A DNA stretch of 64,000 nt from Octopus sinensis (taxonomy: Eukaryota): the NCBI RefSeq assembly GCF_006345805.1, contig NC_043024.1:10416001-10480000 (forward strand), given 5' to 3'. The translations under genes and the position numbers were made by a program. Below, in pieces: positions 26,815 to 38,516 of the stretch. Under the pieces are notes generated by a model. It worked only from the letters and a program-made list of their open reading frames with translations, made no database searches and was not told the origin of the DNA. Within the stretch, counting starts at the first letter, position 1. Each line of letters starts with the position of its first letter.

Positions 26815-27230
26815 AACATCAATGGAAATTGTAGCTGTGATACCAGTGCCGGTGGCACGTAAGAGAACCGTCCGAACGTGGCCGTTGCCAGTGCCACCCC
26901 GACTGGCCTCCGTGCTGGTGGCACGTAAAAAGCACCATCCGATCGTGGCTGTTGCCAGCCTCACCTGCCCCCCCTTGCCGGTGGAACGTAAAAAGCACCA
27001 TTTGACCGTGGCCGTTTGCCAGCCCCATCTGGCACCTGTGCCAGTGGCACGTAAAAAGCACCCACTACACTCACAGAGTGGTTGGCGTTAGGAAGGGCAT
27101 CCAGCCGTAGAAACGTTGCCAGATCAGACTGGGTCTGGTGCAGCCTTCTGGCTTCCCAGACACCAGTTGAACCGTCCAACCCATGCTAGCATGGAAAGCG
27201 GACGCTAAATGATGATGATGATGATGAATA
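26815..27230 (+). mobile_element. SINE-like family D with variable internal ~45-50-bp repeats and (GAT)n tail (others at ~3612-3995, 5830-6265, 14020-14460 minus, 18165-18460, 19770-20170, 21110-21385, 31935-32310, 48280-48660 minus)
   Basis: GGCGTTAGGAAGGGCATCCAG...CCCATGCTAGCATGGAAAGCGGACG(T)TAAA(GAT)n. Confidence 0.88.
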
Positions 27231-27327
27231 ATAGCAGTGGTCACAGAATGCCCTGTCAATTAAGGTTGATGTGGGCCTTAAACAACAACAAACTAATTTT
27301 CTTTTTCTTTCTTTTACAATCTTTCAG

Positions 27328-27358
27328 AGGCCGACATTTTAAGGTGAATGCCAACTAG
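27328..27358 (+). CDS. ARPC2: ARPC2 last coding exon
   Basis: ctttcag|A GGC CGA CAT TTT AAG GTG AAT GCC AAC TAG; (S)GRHFKVNAN*, equivalent to human TGKTFSSR*; long pyrimidine tract, phase 2 matches the previous exon. Confidence 0.8.
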
Positions 27359-27719
27359 ATATGAAATATTTGGTGCCGGAAGAAAATTGAAGAACCACGA
27401 CATTGCCGAGTGCGTGCGTCTATGGACATGCTCTCTCTTTCTCTCTTCTGCTCTCCTCGCTCCCCCTCCCCCACTTCTTTCTCTCCCCCAACCCCGTGTT
27501 CCCTTCTCTCTTTTTCTCTTGCAGGGTTCAGCATTTCCACAAAGACAACCACCACCACCACCACCTTCCCACCATGGCCCTCTCCAGTCGAAGCAGTTCC
27601 TGACCTGAAGGGAAATCTGTCCCCTCACTCCCACTACCACCACCACCACCACCAGAAGGGCCATGGGTGCTGCCCCCTTTATTTCCTTTAGGCGAACTAT
27701 TTTATGAAAATATAAAAAA

Positions 27720-27725
27720 AATAAA
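27720..27725 (+). promoter_or_regulatory. Candidate polyadenylation signal for ARPC2
   Basis: AATAAA about 360 nt after the stop, followed by T-rich sequence; it lies in an A-rich run so may be chance. Confidence 0.3.
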
Positions 27726-28333
27726 AAATCTTGCTCGAACCTTGTCAAAATGCAATGAATGCCCCTCCTTGCCCACCCCCCACAAGCTTTCTTTTTTGTT
27801 TTTTGTTTTTTTTTTCAAAAAAATTTTCTTTTTTCATTTTATTTAGTATGATGCCTTATTTTTATCAGCAGCAAAAAAAAAAAAAAACCCCAAACAAACT
27901 AACCAAATTATGAGGGAACTTCTGCCCCACCCTAGTGGCTCGACCAGCTTGCTAGAAATAGCAGCCAAATCTCCTTCAGATTTACGTTGTATTGTCTGAA
28001 GAGGAAAACGAAAACATGGACGCATTATACAATGATGTCCTAAGTGTCATAAAAAAAAAAAAGACGGGATGGTCGTGGTTGGAAACAGTTTTGTTTCATA
28101 GGCTTGTTTGAGCAGGTCTGACTTTTTAGGCTAAATACCAGCCTGCCAATCAACCAGTCTACCAACCAATTAGCTAATGTCTCTCTCTTTGCTGCATATT
28201 CATTTTTAAATTTAAAAAAAAAAGTATGAAAACCAACCCAAAAGAAACATTAAGAAAACTCAGCTAAAATCCATATTCTACAAATTATATAAGCATGTGT
28301 TATATATATATATATATATATATACATACATAC

Positions 28334-28380
<47 letters not shown>

Positions 28381-28397
28381 TTATATATACACACATA

Positions 28398-28966
28398 CAG
28401 GTGTGGCTGGGGTAAGAGCTAGCTTCCCAACCACATGGTTCTGGGTTCAGTCCCACTGTGTGGCACCTTGGGCAAGTGTCTTCTACTATAGCCTCGGGCC
28501 GACCAAAGCCTTGTGAGTGGATTTGGTAGACGGAAACTGAAAGAAGCCAGTCATATATATGTATGTATGTATGTATGTATATGTTTGCGTGTCTGCGTTT
28601 GTCTCCCACCATCATTCGACAACCGTTGTTGGTGTGGTTTATGTCCACATGACTTAGCAGTTCAGCAAAAGAGTCCGACAGAACACGTATTAGGCTTACA
28701 AAGAAGTCCTGGGACGATTTGCTCAACTGAAAGGTGGTGCTCCAGCTTAGCTACAGTCAAATGACTGAAACCAATAAAAGACACACCCATATATATACAT
28801 ACACACATACAGGTGTGGCTGTGGGGTAAGAAGCTAGCTTACCAACCACATGGTTCTGGGTTCAGTCCCATGTGTGGCACCTTGGGCAAGTGTCTTCTAC
28901 TATAGCCTCGGGCCGACCAAAGCCTTGTGAGTGGATTTGGTAGACGGAAACTGAAAGAAGCCAGTC

Positions 28967-28997
<31 letters not shown>

Positions 28998-29225
28998 TGT
29001 ATGTATATGTTTGCGTGTCTGCGTTTGTCTCCCACCATCATTCGACAACCGTTGTTGGTGTGGTTTATGTCCACATGACTTAGCAGTTCAGCAAAAGAGT
29101 CCGACAGAACACGTATTAGGCTTACAAAGAAGTCCTGGGACGATTTGCTCAACTGAAAGGTGGTGCTCCAGCTTAGCTACAGTCAAATGACTGAAACCAA
29201 TAAAAGACACACCCATATATATACA
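28398..29225 (+). repeat. Tandem duplication (~412 bp) of a complete SINE
   Basis: 28398-28809 and 28810-29225 are nearly identical, including shared private variants. Confidence 0.9.
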
Positions 29226-29445
29226 TACACACACATATATATACACACACACACACACGTGAATATATATACATACATATATATATAAAATTCTTATATG
29301 AAGAATGTTGTTGATAAGGACTTCGAAGTTTGAGCTAAGCCATCATTGGACTGCCAGCAATGGCTTAGCTTGCCAAAAATTCGAAGTCACTATCTACAAT
29401 ATTCTTTATATAAGAAAAATAAATCTACTCTACAAAAGTAAGGAG

Positions 29446-29719
29446 CGGTGGTTCCCAAACATTTTTGGGCTACCCTGCCCTCGTGGCACCTGGGGGCCCC
29501 TCTCATTCCTTGCCCCACCCGCCCCCGAACCACCACCACTCACCACCCCAAATATAGACCACTTTCTGCTGCAAATTCAAGACAACTGTATTTCGCAAAT
29601 AAAATTTAACCGAACTCACCCTTAATTTTGTTGTTCTTACACCCCATCATCACCCCCCTTTTCTTCAAACCAGTCATCTTTCCACCCCCGCACCCCACCC
29701 CCGATTTTGGGAACCACTG
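29446..29719. mobile_element. hAT/Charlie-like MITE
   Basis: TIRs CGGTGGTTCCCAAA / TTTGGGAACCACTG; no 8-bp TSD recognisable. Confidence 0.6.
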
Positions 29720-30532
29720 ATACAAGGGTAAACCATCAGATTAATGTAAAATTGTTTCATTACGATAGAATAAGTTCTAGGCTTTAAAAATGTAAGTCCT
29801 GGGGTCAATTTGTTTGACCAATAACCCTTTAAGGTGTTGCTCCAACATGGCCACAAGCAACTGACAAGTAAAAGAATATATATATATATATATATATAGA
29901 TAGATATTGATATATAGATATGTAAAGATATGTGAGACCCCCTTTGGTCGTGACTGACCATGGGATTGCACCTAGAAAGTTAGCCTCCCAGGCAAAATTC
30001 CGGGCAAGGTGGTTTATGGAAGACCAGCAGTCGTCCATGGATACTGGCTTTCCCTCTCCATGCCACCAGTGTTATCCAAGGGAAAGGCAAAGGGGCCGAT
30101 ACAGCTTGGCACCTGTGATGTCGAAACTCATTTCTACAGCTGAGTGAACTGGAGCAACGTGAAATAAAGTGTCTTGCTCAAGAACACATACAACCCGGTC
30201 TGGGATTCGAACTCACAACCTCACGATCATAAGCTCGACGCTCTAAACACTGAGCCATGCGCCTTCACTATGTCTACATATATATATATATACACACACA
30301 CACGCACACACCTTGTTCTAAAACTCCACCTTTGGCTGGGTATCAGTTCATCTAGAGATGGGACTGGAAATGGCAAGGTTTTCTCAATGTTAATTCTGTC
30401 TTTTTTAATTTTTTCTTTTGATTTTGCAATGATTTTACAAATTAACACACATGCATTTATGTGTGTGCACGCAATTATATGCACACACACACACACACAT
30501 ACATACATACACACACATACATACATACACAC

Positions 30533-30563
<31 letters not shown>

Positions 30564-31476
30564 TATATATGTATATATACATATGCAGACCTGTTCATAG
30601 ATCAAGAAAGTTGCTTGTATATATGCATGTATGTTTGTGCGTGTATGTATGTATATATATATGATGATGATATACATATACATACTTACATGCACATGTA
30701 TACGTGTGTGTATGTATATATATATTCATGCACATGTATATGTGTGTATATATATTATATATACATGTATGTGTGTATATATGTATATATATATACATGT
30801 ATATATATATATATTCATGCGCATGTATATGTATATGTGTGCATGTATATATATATATAGCTAAACTTGTATATACTGGTGTGTGTGTGTGTGATGATCT
30901 ACATCGAGTTATACTTTCTTCTTCTTCTTTTCTCCTTCCTCTTCTTCCTCCCACACAGTATACCCCACCTCGCCCACCTCCTGCCTCCCTATCGTCAACG
31001 TATATAAAATCGATTCTTTCCCCAGCCTTCATTTTCAAAATTTATGCTGATTAAACTTTGCTACAAATATTGTTTGTCTTATTATTATTGTCATTATTAT
31101 TATTATTGAGTGAGAGAGCAATGCATGCCACCGAATTGACACTATATGCTGTGGTTCCGGGTTCAGTCCCATTGCATGGCACCTTGGGCAAGTGACTTCT
31201 ACAATGGCCTCAGGCCGATCAAAGCCTTGTGAGTGGATTTGGTACACGGAAACTGAAAGAAGCCCATTGTGTATATACATGTATATGTATACGAGTAAAA
31301 CGCCCCCTGTCCAATGGATGGTGCTGAGTTGTCAAACATTTAAACCAAATTTTCTCAAAACAACTTGTCCGACTGTCCCATAGGCCTCCCCGTTGAGAAA
31401 CACTGTATAAGCCCCAATATACCCATTATGAATACCTGTCTGATAAGGGTACACGAAACACATGCATCACAACTAT

Positions 31477-31881
31477 AGTTAAGTTAAGTTAATTTTGGCT
31501 CAAAAAGCAAAAAGCAAGTAGGGGGGGACATGGAGTTATGTACAGGAAGGGTGTTCATACAAAGAGTTCAGGCCACTTGTGGTCAAGAGAGACTTTGAAC
31601 CGAGCGGTCGTCGGCATCGTCACTATTTCGTCTGGCAGCTTATTCCACGGATCTGCAACCCGGACGGAGAAAGCCCCTCTCCTTCGATTGAGATGAAATC
31701 GTTGCAGATAGAGCTTTTCGGAGTGACCCCGCAGCCGACGCTCTGGAGCAGGAGTGAAGAACAGCTCTTTCGAGAGGTTACACTTTCCGCTTATGATGTG
31801 AGCAAAAATGAGATCACCACAGCGGCGTCGTTTTTCTAGAGAATAAAGGTCGAGCGTCTTCAGCCTTTCTTCATAAGACAA
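31477..31881 (-). mobile_element. 5'-truncated CR1-type LINE
   Basis: ORF 31555..31881 SYEERLKTLDLYSLEKRRRCGDLI...RGHSEKL...WNKLP; same 3' UTR and (TTAAC)n tail as the 8.8-kb copy. Confidence 0.88.
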
Positions 31882-32462
31882 ATATGGTGGCCTTATATCG
31901 AGGTAAACAGTGCATGACCTTGCAGGTGGGAATCCAAAAGCACCATTCGAGCGTGATCGCTACCAGCGTCGCCTTACTGGCACTTGTGCTGGTGGCATGT
32001 GAGAAAAAAATTTGAGTGAGGTCGTTGCTAGTGCTGCTGGACTGGCTCCTGTGTAGGTGGCACGTAAAAAACACCATTTGAGCGTGGCTGTTGCCAGTAC
32101 TGCCTGACTAGCCCTCTTGCCGGTGGCACGTAAAAGCACTCACTACACTGTTGGAGTGGTAGGCATTAGGAAGGACATCCAGATGTAGAAACACTGCCAG
32201 ATCAAGATTGGAGCCTGGTGCAGCCATCTAGTTCGCCAGCCCTCAGTCAAATTGTCCAACCCATGCTAGCATGGAAAGCGAATGTTAAACAATGATGATG
32301 ATGATGATGAGTAGCCCATCCTTCTCAAAAGGTCCCTGAATAAGGGTTGTTTAAGGATGTTGAAAGAACCACCCATGTTTCCAGAGGTGAGTTATTCAAA
32401 CCCCAAAGAATCCCTCTCAACACATGGCTATGATGCTCCCCCACTACTTCTGCTCGTGATCA

Positions 32463-33030
32463 GAGATGCACATATCGTCAGACACTAAGGGACATGCTCA
32501 ACTGGTTAAGGTCAAACAACTGACAAGCAAATCTGTGGTATTGAGCAGAACATTTGCTGTAGGCCATCTTTTATACCAAGACAAAACAATGTACATGATA
32601 ACACTTCCAATCAGTTAAGATCAGAAGCCATGAGAGCCATTATTATTATTATTATTATTCTATGTTTGACTTTTGCTTTACATTTGCACAATCTGGCTCC
32701 AAGTCTCACCCAGAGACCTCAAGAGACAAGTTGGAAGTTCATGTTGGTGTTATGCCTAGGGTGCCATATATTTGGTTTTGTACATAGTGTTGTTCTAGAG
32801 AATGTTTAAGAAACCATAAGAAAATTATAATTTTGTTTTAAAATTCGAGATGCACATATCGTCAGACACTAAGGGACATGCTCAACTGGTTAAGGTCAAA
32901 CAACTGACAAGCAAATCTGTGGTATTGAGCAGAATATTTGCTGTAGCCCATCTTTTATACCAAGACAAAACAATCTACATGATAACACTTCCAATCAGTT
33001 AAGATCAGAAGCCACGAGAACCACTGCCTG
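32463..33030 (+). repeat. ~175-bp direct repeat (32463-32640 and 32848-33025)
   Basis: GAGATGCACATATCGTCAGACACTAAGGG...GATCAGAAGCCA occurs twice. Confidence 0.88.
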
Positions 33031-34082
33031 GTACTGCATCAGGGCATTTATTATTATTATTATTATTATTGTTGAAGTGGTGAGCTGACAGAATCATTAG
33101 CACACTGGACAAAATTCTCCTCTTGAGGTTGATAAATTAAGTACCAGTGAAACACTGGGGTCAATGTAATCGAGTAGTCCCCTGCCCCCAAATTTCAGGC
33201 CTCTTGCTTTTAGTAGAAAAGATTGCCATTATCATTATTAAGGTGGACAACTGCCAAAATCATGAATGATATTTCTGCTTCAGCAACTCTTCACTGAATC
33301 TGTGTCATGTCATGCTTTGAGAAGACTGCATGACACCCCTCGGATCTTTTCGGTTTGACCGGCAGTTTTTTCTAGCAGTGTCAAATGAAATTGTCACCCA
33401 TAATTATGACCCTAGTATCGATCTATTGCATTTCAATCTGTTTTAGGGTTAGGGTGGGGGGAAGGGTATCTTTTTTTCTCTTCAGAAATGTAAATAGGTA
33501 CTTCGTCTGCCGTTACGTTCTGAGTTCAAAGTCTGCTGAGGTCGACTTTGCCTTTCATCCTTTTGGGGTCGATTAAATAAGTACCAGTTCCACACTAGGG
33601 TCAATGTAATCGACTTAATCCGTTTGTTTGTCCCCCCATGGGCAATAAAGAAATAAGAATAAATACCAGGTTCTTTAAAAGAAGTCCCGAGGTCGATTTG
33701 TTCGACTAAAACCATCCCAGGTGTGGTGCCCCAGCATGGCCACAGTCAAATGACTGAAGCAAGAGAAAAGATACAGTAACCTTTACTGCTGGGAGCCCGG
33801 CAACAGATCCCAGTCGCACTGCTTTCCCACTTATGACTAAAAGATTGAAAAAAAAGGGGAAAAAACATAGCCTTGTGATCCTTTATTATTGATGACTTTC
33901 AGTATATATACACAGTAAATAGGAAAAGCAAATGGGAAGGCGGTAAAGGTACTGGTTTATTAACAGTAAGGTCTTAAGTTCAAATCTTACTACTACAACA
34001 ACGGTTATTTTATTGTTTTGTAATTTGTTCCTGTGTATCACACACGTCTTAACTTTGCCTTAGTTTCCGCAGTTGGTTTTGG

Positions 34083-34145
34083 TCAAGGTTCCGTCCACAC
34101 TGCTACCGACTTCACACTCAGGTGAAGTCGGTAGAAGTCATTCAC
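34083..34145 (-). other. Candidate terminal exon of the ZBBX-like gene (alternative coding end or 3' UTR exon)
   Basis: tttaaatttcag|GTG AAT GAC...CCT TGA; AATAAA on minus at 34008-34013 and 33882-33887. Confidence 0.4.
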
Positions 34146-34240
34146 CTGAAATTTAAAACAAAGGTAAATAAAACACAAGTAAATAAAACAAGAACAAAAT
34201 GAAAATAATCTGAAAAAAAATATCTGTCTATTCATTTATA

Positions 34241-35530
34241 GGCGCAGGAGTGGCTGTGTGGTAAGTAGCTTGCTTACCAGCCACATGGTTCCGGGTTCAG
34301 TCCCACTGCATGGCACTTTGGGCAAGTGTCTTCTACTCTAGCCTCGGGCCGACCAAAGCCTTGTGAGTGGATTTGGTAGTTAGAAACTGAAAGAATCCCG
34401 TCGTATATATATGTATTAGGTGTAGGAGTGGCTGTGTGGTAAGTAGCTTGCTAACCAACCACATGGTTCCGGGTTCAGTCCCACTGCATGGCACTTTGGG
34501 CAAGTGTCTTCTACTCTAGCCTCGGCCAACCAAAGCTTTGTGAGTGGATTTGGTAGACAGAAACTGAAAGAAGCCTGTCGTATATATATGTATTAGGTGT
34601 AGAGTGGCTGTTTGTAGTAGCTTGCTAACCAACACATGGTTCCGGGTTCAGTCCCACTGCATGGCACTTTGGGCAAGTGTCTTCTACTCTAGCCTCGGGC
34701 CAACCAAAGCTTTGTGAGTGGATTTGGTAGACAGAAACTGAAAGAAGCCTGTCGTATATATATGTATTAGGTGTAGGAGTGGCTGTGTGGTAAGTAGCTT
34801 GCTAACCAACCACATGGTTCCGGGTTCAGTCCCACTGCATGGCACTTTGGGCAAGTGTCTTCTACTCTAGCCTCGGGCCAACCAAAGCTTTGTGAGTGGA
34901 TTTGGTAGACAGAAACTGAAAGAAGCCTGTCGTATATATATGTATTAGGTGTAGGAGTGGCTGTGTGGTAAGTAGCTTGCTAACCAGCCACATGGTTCCG
35001 GGTTCAGTCCCACTGCATGGCACTTTGGGCAAGTGTCTTCTACTCTAGCCTCGGGCCGACCAAAGCCTTGTGAGTGGATTTGGTAGTTAGAAACTGAAAG
35101 AAGCCCGTCGTATATATATATAGGCGCAGGAGTGGCTGTGTGGTAAGTAACTTGCTTACCAACCACATGGTTCTGGGTTCAGTCCCACTGCATGGCACCT
35201 TGGGCAAGTGTCTTCTACTATAGCCTCGGGCCGACCAAAGCCTTGTGAGTGGATTTGGTAGTTAGAAACTGAAAGAAGCCCGTCGTATGTATATATATAT
35301 ATCTCTGTTTGCTTGTGTGTTTGTGTGTCTGTGTTTGTCCCCCTAGCATTGCTTGACAACCGATGCTGGTGTGTTTATGTCCCCGTCACTTAGCGTTTCG
35401 GAAAACGAGACCGATAGAATAAGTACTGGGCTTACAAAAGAATAAGTCCCGGGGTCGATTTGCTCGATTAAAGGCGGTGCTCCAGCATGGCCGCAGTCAA
35501 ATGACTGAAACAAGTAAAAGAGTAAAAGAG
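34241..35530 (+). repeat. Head-to-tail array of six tRNA/CORE-like SINE heads (~177 bp); the last continues into a full element
   Basis: Starts at 34241, 34419, 34596, 34770, 34948, 35123. Confidence 0.93.
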
Positions 35531-35695
35531 TATGGAATTTTAATCAAAGGTGTTAATTTGGATCGATCTGAACAAGAAATTGGTATCAAAGAATGAGGGG
35601 TGGTCTCAGACAGGTTGGCACCAAAAGGGTTTAGAACAGGACATACTTCACTGGGGGTAGATCATGCTTCCTAGTGTCTAACTTCTTTGATGATG

Positions 35696-35805
35696 TCATG
35701 CGTCCAGTAAATCTTCCAAAGAATCGGTGCTCATAGAGGTGACGCTGGAGAAGGTGGAGCTGTTGACATCTGTGTTGCTGCTCACTCTCAGTGTGTTGTC
35801 AGCAT
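35696..35805 (-). CDS. ZBBX: ZBBX-like probable last coding exon (see alternative end in findings)
   Basis: ctttcttgcag|AT GCT GAC...GAC GCA TGA; (D)ADNTLRVSSNTDVNSSTFSSVTSMSTDSLEDLLDA*. Confidence 0.62.
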
Positions 35806-35937
35806 CTGCAAGAAAGACAAATAAATGAATGGTGAGATGTTTGTTTTTTTTTGTTTGTTCCTTCTCAAGCCACGCCTGAGATTCGAACCCGCGATCCCTC
35901 GACTGCAAGTCCGCTGCTCTAACCACTAGGCCAGACA

Positions 35938-36006
<69 letters not shown>

Positions 36007-36415
36007 TGTTGTTTGTTCCTTCTTGAGCCATTTTCCCGGTTGCCTTGAAACTGCGATCCCTCGACCGCAAGTCTGCTGCTCTAACCACTAGGCCGTGTGC
36101 CTCCACACACACACACAGACATTTATTGTTGTCATTGTTTGTTCCTTCTTGAGCCATGCTTAGCTCATAAGGACCGGTTTCCTTGGCATATAGGTTCCCC
36201 ATCTGGACGGGACGCCGGTCCGTCGCAGGTGAGCTGCAAGATGCAGGAGGAAAGAGTGAGAGAAAGTTGTGGCGAAAGAGTCAGCAGAAGTTCACCATTA
36301 CCTGCTGCCGGAGCTCTTCTTTGGAAACAGGAAACATAGGAAAGTCGAAAGGAAAAGAAAGAAAGAAAAACATTGCCAACAGTCCAGGTGTAGTTACCTT
36401 TTTGAAATGATGGGA

Positions 36416-36491
36416 AATAGACAGACAGACAGACAGACGGACGGACGGACGGACGGACGGACGGACGGACGGACGGACGGACGGACGGACG

Positions 36492-36533
<42 letters not shown>

Positions 36534-36622
36534 TAAATAGATAGACACAGACAGACAGATAGATAAATAGATAGACACAGACAGGTAGATAGATAGATAG
36601 ATAGATGGATGGACAGACAGAC

Positions 36623-36705
<83 letters not shown>

Positions 36706-36976
36706 CAGATAGATAAATAGATAGACAGACAGGCAGGCAGATAGACAGACAGACAGCAAGATAGATAGACAGACAGACAAATAGATAAATAGATAGACAC
36801 AAACAGGTAGATAGATAGATAAATAGATAGACACAGACAGGTAGATAGATAGATAGATAGATAGATGCAGACAGATAGATAGACAGACAGACAGACAGAT
36901 AGATAAATAGATAGACAGACAGACAGATAGATAGATAGACACACAGACAGATAGATAGATAGATAGATAGACAGAC

Positions 36977-37027
<51 letters not shown>

Positions 37028-37045
37028 CAGGTAGATAGATAGAGA
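36416..37045. repeat. (GACA)n/(GACG)n/(GATA)n tetranucleotide tract
   Basis: Direct inspection. Confidence 0.95.
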
Positions 37046-37354
37046 GATATGTTTCTTTATTGGCCACACAGGGCTGAACACAGAGGGGACAAAATACAAA
37101 GTAGAGCTTTTCTTTTTGGGAAGGAAAGAAAAAAAAGTGGGTCAAATTTTGATCAAAAGGGATCGTGGAAAAAAAAAAGCCGATCAATAGGGGTCGTGTA
37201 TCACAGAAATGTCAATGTAAAAAGGGAAAACAGACTAGGTTTATCTTTGGAGAGAAAAGCCTATAGAAAAGACCACGGTAACCTTGGGTAATAATGTCAT
37301 GCAAAAAAAAAAAAAACAGTGACCCTCTTATGCTCAAGCTGGCTCCGTCAACAA

Positions 37355-37426
37355 GCGTCAGTGGTGTAATGGCTAGCATGGTTGCTTTCCAAGCAGTCAA
37401 TCCAGGTTCAACTCCCGGCCGATGCA
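37355..37426 (+). tRNA. tRNA-Gly(TCC)-like gene, degenerate, probably a pseudogene
   Basis: GCGTCAGTGGTGTAATGGCTAGCATGGTTGCTTTCCAAGCAGTCAATCCAGGTTCAACTCCCGGCCGATGCA aligns to canonical tRNA-Gly-TCC; A-C mismatches in acceptor and T stems, T-loop TTCAACT; T-rich tract follows. Confidence 0.7.
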
Positions 37427-37768
37427 GTTCATTTTCTTTTTGTTGTGGTGCACCTGAGCACTGTATACAATAATTTCATTATTATTATTATTATTATTAT
37501 TCATATGTGCCATCCTTGCTTCATTCACCCATCTTTTTTTGAAACATTCTCTAGTTTCACTTTCCTTTTCAAGTGATACCTGAAGAAGATGATGAGAGAT
37601 TGACTCTATCGTTGGAGGGTTCGGCTGAATCCCATCTGTTAGTCTATAGTATTTAATACATGAACCGGTGGATCATCCAGCAGAATGGTAATGTGAAAAT
37701 TATAAATTATATAGTTTTTTTTGATTTCTTGGGGAGAATGCCAAACGAGTAAAGGAAAGAGATATTAC

Positions 37769-37812
37769 CTTCAGCTGTGGTGGTCGTTGTAATATTGTCA
37801 TGGGCTCCATTG
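37769..37812 (-). CDS. ZBBX: ZBBX-like coding exon
   Basis: cccctctctag|C AAT GGA...GCT GAA G|gtaata; (S)NGAHDNITTTTTAE; phase 2 to 1 bridges the giant exon and the next exon. Confidence 0.72.
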
Positions 37813-38219
37813 CTAGAGAGGGGAAAAAAAAAAGGGAAATAATGACAATAGTATAAATATAGTGTGTGTGTGTGTGTATGAGAAAGATAGAGGGAGAGAG
37901 AGACAGTGTATGTGTGTGTAAGAGAGTGTGTGTATGTGTGTGAGAGTGTGTGTATGTGATTGAGAGAGGCAGTGAGTGTGTGAGAATGTGTGTGTGTGAG
38001 TGTGAGTGTGTGTGTGTTTGTGAGAGTGTGTGTATATGAGAGTGACAGACAGACAGACGGAGTGAGTGTGTGAGTGAGAATGTGTGTGAGAGTGTGTGTG
38101 TGTGAAAGTGTGTGTGTGAGTGTGTGTGTATAGGAGAGACAGACAGGGTGTGTGTATGTGAGAGAGAGAGAGAGAGAATGTGTGAGAGTGTGTGAGAGAA
38201 AGAGACAGTGAGTATGTGA

Positions 38220-38251
<32 letters not shown>

Positions 38252-38516
38252 CAGTGTGTGTGTGTGTGACATCAACAACCACAAATAGTGAGGATAAAAA
38301 TGATGATGATGATGATGTGATGGTGGTGGTGGTGAGGTGCTGATGGTGACAGTGTTGTTGTTGGTGATGATGATGATGATAACAGTGTTGGTGATAGTGG
38401 TGATGATGATGATGGTGGTGGTGGTAGTGGTGATGATGATGATGATGGTGGTGGTGATGATGATGTTGATGGTGGTGATGATGGTGATGACAAACGACTA
38501 AAAGACATTAACCAAC

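Noticed and set aside
27314-27748. ORFs overlapping the ARPC2 3' UTR
   Set aside because: Low-complexity CT/ACC-rich UTR sequence; no recognisable protein
33441-33458. TTAGGG telomere-like repeats
   Set aside because: Only two units, within a dispersed repeat
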